Of a stretch of DNA of 64,000 nt, positions 11,891 to 25,339 are shown one piece after another (positions within the stretch are counted from its first letter, which is position 1; each line of letters begins with the position of its first letter). The stretch is taken from contig OZ361257.1 of NCBI GenBank assembly GCA_977018835.1, positions 1,240,001-1,304,000 of the forward strand, written 5' to 3'. The notes below the pieces were generated by a model. The model searched no databases. It had not been told where the DNA came from and was given only the letters and a program-made list of their open reading frames with translations. A program made the translations under genes and the position numbers. This DNA comes from Minutocellus sp. GHC0000111. Its lineage: Eukaryota.

Positions 11891-14506
11891 ATGGTCCCCC
11901 GCCCCAACGTGCCGTCGGACGTTATGAGCATGCAAATGCAGCCCGTGCCGGTACCTGTACCGACAATGCCGCCCCACCAACCGACGGCAGCGAGCACGAC
12001 CCCGCCCCTCCCCGCCGACTGCCTGAGCCAGCAGCCCTGCCAGGCGACGGGGCAGCGCGGCCCGCACGACTTTGCCGCGAGCTGGAAGGTCGGGACGACC
12101 GATCGGTCGGCCGTGTCGACGACACCGGCGGCCGGAGCGTCGACGACGCAGCAAACTCAAACTGAAAATCAGCAGGTGTCCGAAAATGGCAACGGAGCAG
12201 CAGCAGCGACTGGCACCGGGTCGGTCTCGAACCAGATGGGAATTAGCACCGGCGGCGGAAGCAGTGGCAGCGGCAGCGGCGGCGGTAGCATTCTCAAAAA
12301 GGTGACGTCCCTCGAGCAGCTGTCGCAGGCCCTGCGAATCGGCGGCGACGGCAAGAAGCAGGCCTCCAGGGCACAGCAGCCTGCTGGCAGCCCGGCCCTG
12401 TCGGCGGTGTCGGCCCCTGCCAGCGGCAGCGGCGGCGAACAGACAGGTCCAGCGGCGGCCTCGGCATCGGCGGCCTCGGCGGCAGGGGCGACCACCCTCC
12501 CGGAACGACCGCACACGACGTCGCCGCCCCTCTCGGCGACATCCACGGCACCAGCACCAGCAGGCGCAGGGGCCCAGGTCCCCGCCTCCCCGCCGCTGTT
12601 CCAGTCGCAGTACCAGGAGCGGCTGTTCAACCAACCCTCCGACGCGGTCGAGGCCGTGCTGGCCGCGTCGTGCGACGTCATGGGATTCGACATTGCCGAA
12701 ATGTGGCTGAGGACCGGACCCAAGACGCACCAGCTGACCAACAGCCACCTCCGTCCGACGGCGCTGGAGGATTCGGTCCGGGCCGAGCTGGTCGACGTCT
12801 ACTACGGCGAGATGTCCAGCCGGCGGACCCACCGCCTCAGCCCCGCCCTGTGCAAGCGGGCCAAGGAGGCGCAGGACGTGGTGTGGGTGACGGCCAACAC
12901 GGAGCGGGGCGCCGAGGCCCTGCGGTGTTCCATCTCCGACGTCCGGACGGCCGTGGCGGTGCCCGTCTGCCACGAATCCAGCTCGACCAACATCACCCTC
13001 ATCTACTTCTCCATCCGGCGGGCCATCATGAGGCCGCAGGCGGTGGAATTTCTGGTCCACATGAGCCTCTCGGCCGCCGTCGCCAGCGTCAACTCCCTCG
13101 CCGAGGACGTCATGGTCGACGTGTCGCCCCATCGGCAGATCGGGGCGGCCCATCCGCATTCGCAGTCGGTTTCGGCCCATATCGGCGGCGGCGGCGGCGG
13201 CGGCAGGTCGGAATCGTCCCTGCCCGGGTACGGCCATCCCGGCGCGGCTCCCGCCCATGGCCATCCCCATCCGCCCCTCCATCATCATTATCAGCACGGT
13301 GTACCGTTGACCCACCACCAGCACCAGCAGCAGGCCTTTGCCCTGCAGCAGCAGGCCTTTGCCCTGCAGCAGCAGCAACGGAATCAGCAGCAGCTCCTGC
13401 CGCCCGGACCGCAGAAGAAGGGATTCAGCGTCACGGGAGCCTGCCTCGATCTCAAGTGGAACTCCCTCAAGAACGTCGAGTACCTCACCGACGGGGGCAA
13501 CAACTGGATCCACACGGCCGTCATGGGCGGCGGGCCCGTCGTCGTCAAGACGCTCAAGCCGGAGTGCCAGGACCTGGCCGTGGCCATCAACGAGATCGAG
13601 GGTGAACTGGAGATCCACGCCCAGCTCGACCACCCCAACATCGTGGGGCTGGTCGGGGCCGGCACCACCTCCAAGGGATCGCGCTTCGTCGTCCTGGAGC
13701 GCCTCGACGGGGGGACGTTGACGCAGCACCTGGGCTACGACACCCGCATCCGCGACCGGCGGCGGCGGTTCTGGAAGAAGAAGCAGTTCTCGTACCTGGA
13801 GGTGCTGAGCTGCGCCAAGTCCGTGGCCGACGCCATGGCCTACTGCCACGCGGGGGCGATTCCGGGTTCGATGGTGCTGCACAGAGACCTCAAGCCGGAC
13901 AACATTGGCTTTACGCTGGACGGTACCGTCAAGCTGATTGGTGAGTTTGTGAAGATTGTTCCCGCATTTTTACTGTTGTGATTATTTTCAGTTTCGGTAC
14001 AACAGTAACTAATATCACTCTTTTGACAATTCAATTCATTTTCCATCTGTCGCGCAGACTTTGGGCTGGCCCGAGTAGTGAGCGATGCGAGTCCGGAATC
14101 AGATGATGCGTACGAGATGAGCGGCGAGACGGGAAGTCTGAGGTACATGGCGCCGGAAGTTGCGGATTGTCGTCCCTACAATCACAAGGCGGATGTTTAT
14201 TCGTTCGGTACCATCCTGTGGGAGATTGTGGCGTACAAGAAGCCCTATGACGGAATGAATCGGGAGCAGTTTTACGAGGAGGTCGTTCATGGAGGAATGA
14301 GGCCGCCCCTGAGCAAGAAGTGGCCCAAGGAGCTGTCGCAGCTCATATCGGAGTGCTGGGATGTGAACTACAACATCCGACCGACGTTCCAGGAGATATC
14401 CGAGAGGTTGGAGGCCATGCGGGTCAGTGAAAAGGGTGGGGGCAAGAAGGCTTCGGCCCGGAAGCGCATCTCGGCTCTTGTGGATCGCCACTCGACTTGG
14501 TTTTAG
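11891..14506 (+). CDS. Tyrosine-kinase-like protein kinase with N-terminal GAF-like domain (intron 13941-14057)
   Basis: VVVK, HRDLKPDN, DFG rebuilt across the intron, GETGSLRYMAPE, DVYSFG; upstream globular block DVMGFDIAEMW...TAVAVPV is GAF-like. Confidence 0.92.
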
Positions 14507-15052
14507 AGATCAAGAGTCTATTGAGGACGACACCAACAGAGGAAAAACTAGGTCTAGACTACCACCGGTACCGATAGTACCGGTAACGTCATTCGAATTA
14601 TTGAATGTTTCCTCGGAAAATAGAATCATCACCACACAATGCACTGCACAAATCCACACCACCCGCTACTTCATAAAGTTGTAAAATTACTAATAGAGGT
14701 ACAAATATCTGTGAAGAGTGCGTCTATCTAGAGCTACATGGCATGTTTTGGAGGAAGCGGTGAGTGCAGTGTGAGGGCCGGTCGCGGCGGATACATGATG
14801 GTTCGCAGGCAAACAAGTAAAACAAGTGCGAACACCACCAGCCGTAGCCGCCGGTCGCGTCGCGCGCTTTTCAATGCTTCTTCACTCTCATCACTCAATG
14901 AACCAACCGCGAGACGGGGGCGACTTCCATAATATCGACAAATCCGAAGCAAAAAAACGCCAGACGGGCGATTTCCCTCCAGGGCCGAACGCCATACATG
15001 TACCAATTCCAACTGCTTTGCCTGTCTTCAAACAAACAAATCAATCTGATTT

Positions 15053-16926
15053 ATGACATCTGATACATCTCCCAACATGAAGGCATCAGAAGTCGTCAAC
15101 GACGATGAGCTTTTCGTCGAGGAAGACCCACCGACGCCAACGATTGGTGGCGACGAGAAGAATGCTAATACCAGTACTGTAGATAATGATACTCGCGCTG
15201 ACGCAAATGCGAATCATCGCGATACTACGAGAAAGACAGCAAGGAAGAGCACAATCCGAGGATCTGTCATGCGATCGGTGATGAGCACCACTGAGACCAT
15301 GGCGATGGTCCGCCAGAGTATGAAAGAGATGAGGCGCAAAGAAGCAATCAAGGGCTATACACGGGCCGAGCTCTTTGGCCTTATCATGGGGCCACTGCAA
15401 TCGTCCTATGCTTTGTGCCAATTTCGGAAGAATATCCCAAGGCACAGCTCATGGCGGGAATGACTGTGTGGATTGTAGTGTGGTGGGTCTGCATGGTAGT
15501 CCCTCTGGCAATCACTGCCCTTCTGCCGATCATTATGTTTCCACTACTGGAGATATCTACCGCCCGCAACATCACCGCATCATACTTCAACTCAATCAGT
15601 TGGCTGCTCATCGGTGCGTTTATCGTGGACTTTGGCATTGAAAAGGTTGAGCTACACAAACGAGTTGCTCTCAAAATTATCCTGAAGCTCGGGACTTCTC
15701 CCAGAATGCTTCTCCTTTCAATGATGTTGGTGTGCGCCGTTTTGAGTGGGTTCTGTTCGAATACAAGCACCACGCTTATGCTGGTTCCTTTTGTTTTGGG
15801 CATATTGGAAAAGGCGGAAGCAGAAGTCGTCGAAGAGGGTAGGCCAGAGGACCTTCAAGTTGTCCGAGATTATGGTCGTGCGCTACTCATTGGCGTAGCA
15901 TGGTCAGCATCGATTGGAGGCAGTGCGACTCTGATCGGGACTACCGGCCCATCCATCTTGGCGAACTACCACGCAGAGAATTTTCCTCAAGCTGACGTTC
16001 CAGTGACCTTTGCAACATGGTCGGCATACGCTGTTGGTATTTCTGCAACTATTTTCATTATCGCGTATACAGGTATGGCCCTATTCTATGTCAAGGCCTC
16101 CGCCATGAGAAATTTAAACAGGGAGAACATGAAGAAGGCATACATGGAGCTTGGAAACTTCACTCGGGATGAGCTCGTCGTTGCTATTGCACAGATCTTC
16201 CAAATAATCTTCTGGTTTCTTAATGGCGTCGTCCTCGAGCCCTTGGTCGGTACATGCACTGGCGCTGATGCGAGCAATCGCCAGGCTTGCTTCAACGAGG
16301 GTGGGACATGGACAAGCCGTTTTACTTCGTATGACTCTGGAATTGCCTGTCTCGCTGCTGCAACCCTGTTTTTGGTGCCTTCCTTCAGCCGCCCCGGAGA
16401 ACGGGTGCTAGATTGGGAGTTCGTTAACGCCCGGATGCCCTGGGATGTTCTCATCCTTCTAGGTGGAGGCTTTGCCATTTCGAGAGGTTTCAGTGATAGT
16501 GGTCTTTCCGTTGTGATCGCTGAAGCTCTAGCAGGGCTGCAGGGTCTTCCAATCAACGCAGTCATTCTCGTTATTACCCTCGTAGTTATCTTCCTTACCG
16601 AGTTCACAAGCAATACGGCAACTGCGTCAATTATGATCCCAGTCCTTGGCTCCGCTGCCGAGGGGATCGGTGTTAATCCTCTTGCTGTCTTGCTGCCGGG
16701 TACCTACGCTACCGGTATGGCGTTCATGTTACCCATCGCCACACCGCCGAATGCAATCGTTTATGCAACTAAGAAACTGCAGTTCACATCAATGGTCGGC
16801 GGTGGATTTATCCTGAACATTATTTCTTCTTTGGTGATCCTTTTATTTACAGCGACAGTTGGCATCAATTTTTTTGGTGGAGGCAGTTGGACGCCAGAAG
16901 AAGGAGAGTTTGTTCCAGACGAATAA
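15053..16926 (+). CDS. SLC13/DASS sodium-dependent dicarboxylate/sulfate transporter (frameshift ~15398)
   Basis: SNTSTT and TSNTATA motifs, SIGGSATLIGT, PWDVLILLGGGFA, AFMLPIATPPNAIVY; many TM helices. Confidence 0.92.
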
Positions 16927-17395
16927 GAATATAATCTCCTACGACTTATTTGTCAGCCTTCATTGCCGCAATCCACTTTCGATCTCAACTCTCAAAGTAC
17001 AACGATGGTGCTTGGTTTCCCCTCCAAGTCGGGATGCAACAACAACCAATTGCGTCAATGACATTACCCTTCTGGAGGAATTGTAGAAATTTGCTAGCTG
17101 TGTTCTAGTGTAGCTAGCGAAGGGATGGGCATGCTGCGGCACGATCCACTATCGTCAATGCCCGAATCATACCTTATTGCTAATTCTGCATTTATTTGTG
17201 GATGTCTTCGAATCTGTCTCTTCCCATAACGGCGACGCAGGTAGCTACGCAGCTAGACGGCACTTCCTAACAGCTACAGACGAAAGATACCTTTGTGTTC
17301 TCTATGCATGCCATGTTGAAAAGAATGTGTAACTCTAAACCTAAAGAATATATTTATTTTGTCGACCAATGTATCCATCTTTTCTTCATGCCTTG

Positions 17396-20308
17396 CTATC
17401 TCCTCGATGCAGCCTCAGCATTTGCCACTCCCATCCAGGAATAATCCTTGAGGTAATCGAATTGGACGTCGCCAAATGTTCGAGTATCCTTGTTGGAGAC
17501 TGCGCACGCCTCGGCAGTGCAGCGCGAATACGGGTTGTACCGGATACCGGATAATTCGTGGCTCCCCAGGATGGATTCCAGCGTTTCAGGATTCGCCTTG
17601 GGAACGTAACTGTTGACAATTTCTCCCAGTTTGTTGACAAAGAGCTTTTGGTAAGTTTCCTTCTTCCAACCTTCCATTGCCATTGTCCGAACAAAGTCGC
17701 GTCCATTCTGGGCGATGGTTTGGGCCTCGAGTGGGTGCTGTTCGGCCCAGACGTCTGCGAATCAATTGGGAGAAAAAAGTATTGGAAGGGCACAATAAAG
17801 TTGAAATGGGGTGGGTTAGGTACTTCCAGAGTATAAATGGCGACAACTCAATGTGCCGTTGTTCACATCATTTGAGAAGTATCACAGAACTTGAGACTTT
17901 ACTTCGCACTCACATTTCTCGGATAAATCCGACAGGTCCATCCGTACTGGGACGTAATGCTCCCATGCTTTGAGCTCGTCGTAGAACCAGTCCTTCATCA
18001 GGCTCTCATGATGGAAGAGCAGGCCTGGCAGAGCTAACTTGCGGACCGTGTCCTCCCAACTGGTTGCGCCGCCCGTTACAATGTCAATGTGGTACCGATA
18101 TGACGCCATCTCGTCGGCACCCATATACTCGGCAGTTGCCACCTCGGATCCGGCATCGAGGAACGGCGCGAACTTGGTATCATACAGCTTGTACGCTGGG
18201 GAGTGGCCCATGGTGAACTTGGCATCAATCCAGGGCTGAGGCCTGGGACCGTCGGCGGCTACATCCGCGGCGGCGGCTTGGTCGGCATCGATCCTGGCGC
18301 GCAACGAGCTGGCCACAGCCCTCCAGCTGGGCGTCAGCGTATCCCAAAGCTCGATGAGGCGGTCGGCCACCTCCTCGGTCGTCATCGTGTTGGGTTCGAT
18401 CCCAAGATCGACGCCGTGCTGAAGTCCAAGGTCAAAATTGTCGGCGAACGTGGTGTAATCGTCGCCTCTCCACAGAACCTGGGGCCTCAGTTCCGACCAC
18501 TGCTGCGCCGAGGAATCGCCCCTCTCCAGTGCGTTCTGTGCCAGGAGCCGGCAGTCCCTGACGAGGCACTCGGCCATGCTTGGAAATGGCATGGCGGTCG
18601 CAGTCGGCAATACGGTCGGATCGCGGGGTACGCTGCCGAAGCTGAGAATGGGAGCCAAAGGTGGTGTTGCTCCTCCTCCTCCAGCCTTGCCACTGCCGTC
18701 GTCGCCAAAATCACATCCACCGTCAGTTCCCAAACAGTTGAGATGGGGATAGTCTCCGGTGGTGTACAGGACCTGGAAAGGTGGAGAGCCAGGCGCAAAT
18801 CGCTGGGGGAAGTGGTGGTACAGTGCCCTCGCCAAGAGAAAGGCCGGCCAATGCCGCTTGCTGGGACCTTCCAGGTCGGGACCGTTCGGTACGTAGCATT
18901 CGATGGCCGACCGGGATCCGTCAAAGATGAGGAGGGCGGCCTTGTGGTGATTTTCGAAGATTTGCTGCGTGACAAGAACCTGTTCGGTATTGTAGGGCTG
19001 GGTGACGATGATGGGCGACGTCGAAACAACGTCAGTCGCTGGAATCATATCTACATCTGACGCTGCCTGGTCTGCCGTTGTTGCTGCTGCCGCCACATTG
19101 CCGACGGCAACAGAATCCGGGGGAGACGATCCCTCCAGAGCCTCGGTGAGATACCGGTGCCGGTCCAAAAGTTGATAGTTCTTCTTGTTGGCCTTGTACT
19201 TCTTGTGCTGCTTCTGCTTCTCGCGGTTGACGTGAAGGCTACTAGTATGATGACTGTGGTGATGATGGTTGCTCTTGTGGTGACTGCGATCGTACCGCCG
19301 CATCTGGACCTCCTCGTCTCCCTGGCTGACCTGTCGTAGATTCCGCCCCTCCCTACGACGTCGTTTCCCCCTAAGCCCGGTGAGGCGCTGGTGCAGGTCC
19401 TGGGCCGACTGGAGGTTGGCAAGGGGAGCTCTCCCGGCGGCGCACATGGCCATGTACGTGCGTTCGTTGCCGACGCCACCACCAATGCCGACATCGCCAC
19501 CGCCGTCTACGTGCATGTAGCTGTTCCCCCCGTACGAAACGAGGAGGCAGGACAGGCAGGCAAGGGACAGAAGGCCGAGGACCGTACCGGTCAATCGACG
19601 GGCCTTCCTGTTCCGATAGTTCCGATTCTGGTTGTTGATCCTGTCTCTTCTGCCGTCGGGGTTGCTCCTCGTTCTGCCGCTTGCTCGGCTTCCCGTCATC
19701 CTCGTCATGCCGACACCGATGCCGCCCTGCTGCTGCTGCTGTGATTTCGAGAAATCAGCCGTCGAGAGGAGGCCATTGTTGGAAAGGAAGGTTCCGATTG
19801 CAGACGATCGTCCTACTAGCATGCCCACGGCATGCAGCAAGCTTGTTCGCATCGTGGCCAGGAGGGGGGCAGCGGCCACTGCCAATTGGTGCTGGTGGTG
19901 GTGCTTCTGCTGCTGCCGGGCGTTCGTGCTGATGTCGGCATTACCATTGTCGTCGCAGTTGGGCATGTGCATGCACTCGTAATCGCAGCAGCCGCCGCCG
20001 TGCTCGGCATCGCATTCGCCTTCGCATGCGGCGGCCGCCTCGGCCCTGGATCGTCTCCTCCCCGCCTTCCTGCCAGTTACGTTATTGGTTCTGGTGCTGG
20101 TAGTAGTAGTAGATCTAGTAGTAGTAGTAGTACGGGTGTTGGTGGCGGTGGTGGCGGCGGCGCCAGCGCTGCTTCTTCGGTTCATCGTCATTGTGCCGTT
20201 GGCGATGCTAGAAGTAGCGCTGCTTCTTCTGCCGCCGCCGCTGGCGCCGGAACGAGCACTTCTGCTACCAACACTACCACTATAAGGACGGCGGGAGCGT
20301 TCGCACAT
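17396..20308 (-). CDS. Glycosyltransferase family 90 (CAP10/POGLUT-like), type II membrane protein (intron 17755-17913)
   Basis: WRG, YRYHIDI-GG--SW, DWFYDELKAWEHYVPVRMDLSDL, spliced to YVWAEQHPLEAQTIAQNGRDF; one N-proximal TM. Confidence 0.88.
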
Positions 20309-20727
20309 GCTTGAGCTGCCTGCCTGCCCGCCTGCCTGCCTGCCTGCCTACTTCGATGGGGAGGACATGCTTGACTCTGCCGTCACACGGTTGAAGTCGA
20401 CTTTTCTACTCGTACTCGGCTGGTGGAACGTAGCACTGCAAGTGGCAGGGCGCAGGCAATGAATTGCTGTAAATGACTGATGCCCTTTGCCCACTCTGTG
20501 ACTGTTTTGTTGCTTTGGTAAGGAATCCTACGTAGCATGCATTTCATGACGCCGTGGTCGTAAAGGCTTCGGCCATGCGGGGTGGGGCCGTTGGTTGGAT
20601 TGTGGGGTCATCGCGTCCGGGGTCATTTTCTAATTTCTGTCGCGACAGCCAGACAGACCAACCAGGCAAACCGTGATCGCCATCGAGAGTCGATCGGTAG
20701 AGCCTACATGTAGAGTAGGGGCGCAAT

Positions 20728-21123
20728 TAAGGGGCAGTTTGAGGTGATGTTGGTTTTCAGTGACTAAAAGTAAATGAAAATAGCTAACACTCTCGTAAAT
20801 TGAAGCATTGGGTGTGGTGGTTGCCTAAAAAAATTGGGAGATGCTCACTTTGACGAGAAGGTGCCGAGCAGAGGCAAAAGAAATTTCGAGGCTTCGCCTC
20901 TCGCTCTGACCGAGTGAAAAAATAAGGGGCTAACAAACTACTAGTAAATGTTGTTAGTCCCGCCAAAAATATGTTGGTCCCGTATCCCTCGAGACGGCCA
21001 GATGAGGGGATTGTTAGTGGTCAATTTCTCTAGTAGCTCTAGCTTCTACTAGCAATAGTCTAGTGGCTAATGCTAGGGTCAGCGGATGATGAATGGCTGC
21101 CCCTTATAAAATGCTGCCCCTTA
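20728..21123. mobile_element. Candidate MITE with short TIR AGGGGCAG flanked by TA
   Basis: TAAGGGGCAG at 20728; its reverse complement CTGCCCCTTA at 21097 and 21114; non-coding interior. Confidence 0.4.
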
Positions 21124-21231
21124 TTTGTGCACCTACTCTACGTGTTCATGTACCGGTATGTGTCCAGAGGGCCGCGAACTATCAAAAGATCTACTCTACT
21201 ACATGTACGTTGGTACCGGCAATAAATCTAT

Positions 21232-23318
21232 TTATTTATTAGCCTTCATTGCCGCGATCCATTCCTTCGATTGTTCGTTGCTCAGTGTGCGAAGGGATAC
21301 CTTTCGTGTCGTTGTCTTGGACATCATAATCATCGACGAGGCCCCGCTGCTCGGGACCTTCTCGCTAATTTCAAAGACACACGTCTCATCTTCGTCCTTG
21401 AACCGTAATGGTACAGTTCGGTAGAGCGAGGGACATGGACGGGTGGAGCATTTTGAACCAATCCTTCACTACCTTGCCGGTTACGTGCGTCTTGGCAGTG
21501 TCAGCATTGGGCACTTCAACGGGAGGTACAAGAGAATGGAAGGCCACTTCCGGTGCCGATCCGCTGCCCAGCTTGGCTGACGAAGGAATCTCGAACAAAT
21601 GCAAGAAAGAGTCCGCCGTCACGATCGCAAGCGTCGTCTTCCACGAGCTCATCATACCACTGCTCTTCTTCTCAATAACATTGGCCTTCACCAAGAGATC
21701 TGATACAAGGGGAGATGTCAGATTGTAATTCCCTTTGGTTGGGTCGATGCCCTTCAATCCAGGTCCCAAGTCCTCTTTGTTACCGGCGAGCTTTTTTGCC
21801 TTGGCCTCCTCTCTTTGCAATCCCTGTGCCCGAACCCGAATGTTGGTTTGAACCTCTCCCTCGATGCTCTCCCTATCCAGCGGCTTGTCTACCAAGTCCT
21901 TCATAACCGGCGTTAGAATGGAAGGCAGACTCATCCACAGTCGCTCCTGCCGGTTCAGAAAAGCAATGAGCAGCTCTCTCAGGCGGAACCGACGGCTACA
22001 TTCCGTACTTTTGAGAGTTCCAAATAAACTCGCCAGCTCCTTGGAACTCTTCTCCCAGGCCGTCGACAGAAAGGCCACCGACATGCGGTATCGCATCTCC
22101 TGCACCCACACGTCGGAACAGTTGTCAACGAAGGCTGCCGATTCTGCCTGCTCACCATTGGTCGTTGCGGCGCCTCGGCGCATATCGTTGGTGTTGGCAA
22201 AGCTCAGGGACTTCTCCGCCGAGGAGTAGTATGATTCTGTGTAGCGAGTCGAATGGAATCGAACCATTAGATTGCGTAAGAATAAGAAAATAGGATCAAA
22301 TCAAATCAAAGGATACAGATGCCATTGACAATACTCAACAATAATATCACTCACTCCACGCATCGTGAACCTCCCGCTCCGCGGCGTCGAGCTCCTCCTG
22401 GATGGCATCTCCGAGCTTCTCCATGAGCGTGACCTCCACCACCAGCGCCTGGCGAATTTCCACAATTTCCGGCACGGCCTCATCATAGACGTACTTGGCA
22501 TACTCGGCGAACCGATCAGCCATGATGCCCTGCGACTCAATCAGCGCATCAAGGATGCCATTGCCCTTGGCCGAGGACTGCCGCTCGAAGGACTTGTCCG
22601 ACACGTGCAGCTTGGACGACGAGGAGCCCTTGTCGTCGGACGTCGACTCTTCGGCGGCCAGCGTCCCCGCCGGTCCGGCGCTGGCCTTCTCCCGCCGCTT
22701 CTCCCGGCCCTCCATCAGCTTCTTCCGCTTCTTGGGATCGACGACCGGGCGGCCCTGCTCGTCGAGCGTGTCGTTGTGCGCGGCCCGAAGGCTGATGGCG
22801 TAGGCGGTGTTGGATTCGGCGCTGGCCTTGAAGATTTGCTCGGCCCGTTCCGTCTCCTCGATGGAGGAGTGCAAAAGTTCACGGAACGAGCGCCAGTAGA
22901 GCGACGACGAGGCCAACTTGGACTTGTAGGCCGATCGGCGGGCCGCCTCGTACGCGCGGATCTTGGACAGCGACGTCGTTCGGGATTCGTTCGTTACCGG
23001 CAGAGATGTGGCGGTGGGGGGCAGGTCGATGCTGGGAGTCTTTTGGATTTCGGCAGCAGCGGCGTCTTCGGTATCTTTCGTTTCATCATCTTCCGACACC
23101 TTCATTTCATTTGCTTTTGCAGCCAATTCCTCGTCCTCGGCTTTCTCGCCATTGCTGGCGGCGACGGTATCTTTGGGTTCCTCCTCCTCACCGCCTCCGG
23201 CACTTTCGTCATTGTTCTCTTCTGCCGGTTCCGGATCGGAGGGCGCTTCCATTTCGGCGCCGTTATCGTCGGGCTGGGTCTCTTCCGGGACCGAATTGGC
23301 GGTCTCTTCCTCACTCAT
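21232..23318 (-). CDS. Helical (BAR-like) plus C-terminal PH domain protein (intron 22237-22354; frameshift ~21403)
   Basis: Long coiled-coil region, then PH-like KKSSGMMSSWKTTLAIVTADSFLHLFE and, after the frameshift, VSLRTLSNEQSKEWIAAMK. Confidence 0.7.
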
Positions 23319-23632
23319 TGTGGTGTAAGTAATGAGATGTTAGGTATACCACTGGAGAGGGTCGGATAAGTACCAGCCAGAGCAACCAACAGCGGCGAAC
23401 ACAAGATGTGCCATTTTGGAGCTCCAATTTTCGATAGGATTTCTTTGTGACGTCAACAAAACTAAATGATGTAATTATGATATCATCAAAAAGTGGTCCG
23501 TCCGTGGTCCGTTCCACGCTGGCAAGAACGCATTCTTTTGGCGAGGTTTACAAGACCTCCCTCCGAAAGAAGGAAAGAACATTGCTGTGCGTTGGGTTGT
23601 AATACACAGAGATTTTCATCCCCAATAATAAT

Positions 23633-24607
23633 ATGAGCATGCGACTGGCCTCTACCGCTGCCACCGTGGCGGTTCTTGCCTCTACTTCGGTCGGCTCGGC
23701 CGCCGCCGCCTCGGCCAAGAACCAGCACACCGTCATCAAGTCGGGTTCCATCACTTCCAACTCCGTCGTCGGCCAACGCATCCTCGCGGCGGCCACGCGG
23801 GAAGATGCCCCCCTGAACGGTGGACGTGCCCTCGACGACCAGAACGCCAACGCCGCCTACGTGGCCAACTACTCCCTCAAATTCCAGGGTTGTCACGAGA
23901 TCACCCAGTGGAACGGTGAGGCCGACGGGGAGGACGACGTCCGCGTTTCGACCAAGCGTCTGGTCCGGTTCCGTCTGTGCCCCTCGGACTCCTGCCAGGA
24001 CGAGAGCAGCGCCGGATGCAATTCGGGATACGGCGACTACGTTATGGACATGAACACCTTTTTGGAGGCCTACCTGCAGGGCGTCGAGGATGAGAAGGAG
24101 TACCAGTGCCAGGTACACATGGAGAAGTGCGACGACCAATGCGGCAACCAGGACGATGATGCCTGCGATCAGGCATGTCTGACGGGATACGGCATGAGCG
24201 AGTGCTACGAGGGTGAGGACGGCGCCTTTGATCTGCAGGAGTACGTGCAGTGCGCCGAGTGGGCGGGCAACGACGGAGGCCGTCGGCGTCTGGACGACAA
24301 TGGCAATGCCTACTTCGTTGGCCCCTACTGCAGCGATCAGGGTGGGTCCATCCACCTCGGTCTCTTCACCGATGATACCTGCACCACCTTCTCGTCGAGC
24401 AGCTTCTACGCCATGGCGGGATACGAGCTGCCCTATTCCGATCAGAACCTGATCAACACCGCCTGCATGTCGTGCAAGGAGAACGCCGACGACAACAACG
24501 ATAACGATGCCGACGACGTGGCCGAGATGTGCGAGACAATGTACCAGATGAGTGGCAAGTGTGAGACGAACATGAACAACGGATATCAGCTAATGCCAAT
24601 TTATTGA
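23633..24607 (+). CDS. Silicanin-1-like silica deposition vesicle protein, 3'-truncated
   Basis: Signal peptide, RXL sites (GRALD, RRRLD), SLKFQGC, LVRFRLCP, GYGDYVMDMNTFLEAY, YFVGPYC, IHLGLFTDDTC; homology stops after GKCE with no TM helix. Confidence 0.88.
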   Translation: MSMRLASTAATVAVLASTSVGSAAAASAKNQHTVIKSGSITSNSVVGQRILAAATREDAPLNGGRALDDQNANAAYVANYSLKFQGCHEITQWNGEADGEDDVRVSTKRLVRFRLCPSDSCQDESSAGCNSGYGDYVMDMNTFLEAYLQGVEDEKEYQCQVHMEKCDDQCGNQDDDACDQACLTGYGMSECYEGEDGAFDLQEYVQCAEWAGNDGGRRRLDDNGNAYFVGPYCSDQGGSIHLGLFTDDTCTTFSSSSFYAMAGYELPYSDQNLINTACMSCKENADDNNDNDADDVAEMCETMYQMSGKCETNMNNGYQLMPIY

Positions 24608-24740
24608 GTATCAGCTCCGGCACTAATGTCGTCTGGACGTCTGGACCAGGTTTGGGCTGTGTTGCTTCACTATGAAAAAATGAAGCGAGGAGAAGCAAAG
24701 GCGATATCATCCATGCTAAATATTCATTATTTCTCGATTG

Positions 24741-24859
24741 ATCCCAGTTTGCAAACTGAGATTGTGCCTATGATCCCAGTTTCCAAACTGGGATAAATAA
24801 ATCCTAGTTCGCAAACTGGGATCCCAGTTCGCGAACTGGGACAGTGCGCATTTTGGGAC

Positions 24860-24888
<29 letters not shown>
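24741..24888. repeat. Four 22 bp palindromes (ATCCCAGTT-N4-AACTGGGAT) followed by a (TA)n tract; probable DNA transposon end
   Basis: Units at 24741, 24773, 24801 and 24821; TA repeat ~24864-24888. Confidence 0.8.
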
Positions 24889-24890
<2 letters not shown>

Positions 24891-25339
24891 GCATCTACCT
24901 ACACATACGACCAAACTTCGAACCCCGCTACATATATTGCGATACCCTCCTATTGTATAATTTATTCACGAACACTACACTGCAGCCGCATTCGCCATGT
25001 TACTAGCTAGTTAGCCAATGCACGTAGCTAGCTCACTACTAACAATTAGCACAGTAGTAGTAACCCCCGATATCCGGATCGCCAAGATCTGCTAACTTTA
25101 GTAGACACTCTTATGCGACAACCTCCTAATCAGTATACCGGTATAATAGCGATCCATAATAACATGTAAGAGTGGAATGCATGTAGTAGCGATCTTGTTC
25201 CTTACAACCTCGATTCAGTAATGCATTGCTATTGTCAGTATTGAAGCGATATATTCGTTTCAAAGGGCGTAGTTACCGGTAGTTAGTATTATTTGTATGT
25301 CTGTGGCTTCTATTGATTTTGCCATACGTGCATTTTTAT

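Noticed and set aside
11528..13882. 784 aa antisense ORF (also 1798-2793, 22365-23369, 23486-24355)
   Set aside because: Shadow frames opposite GC3-rich real genes; no motifs.
14734..15012. Small minus-strand ORF with a hydrophobic stretch
   Set aside because: Short, non-ATG start in the ORF call and no recognisable family; cannot be supported.
24741..24842. CRISPR-like palindromic repeats
   Set aside because: Gaps are only 0-10 bp and irregular; fits subterminal transposon repeats.
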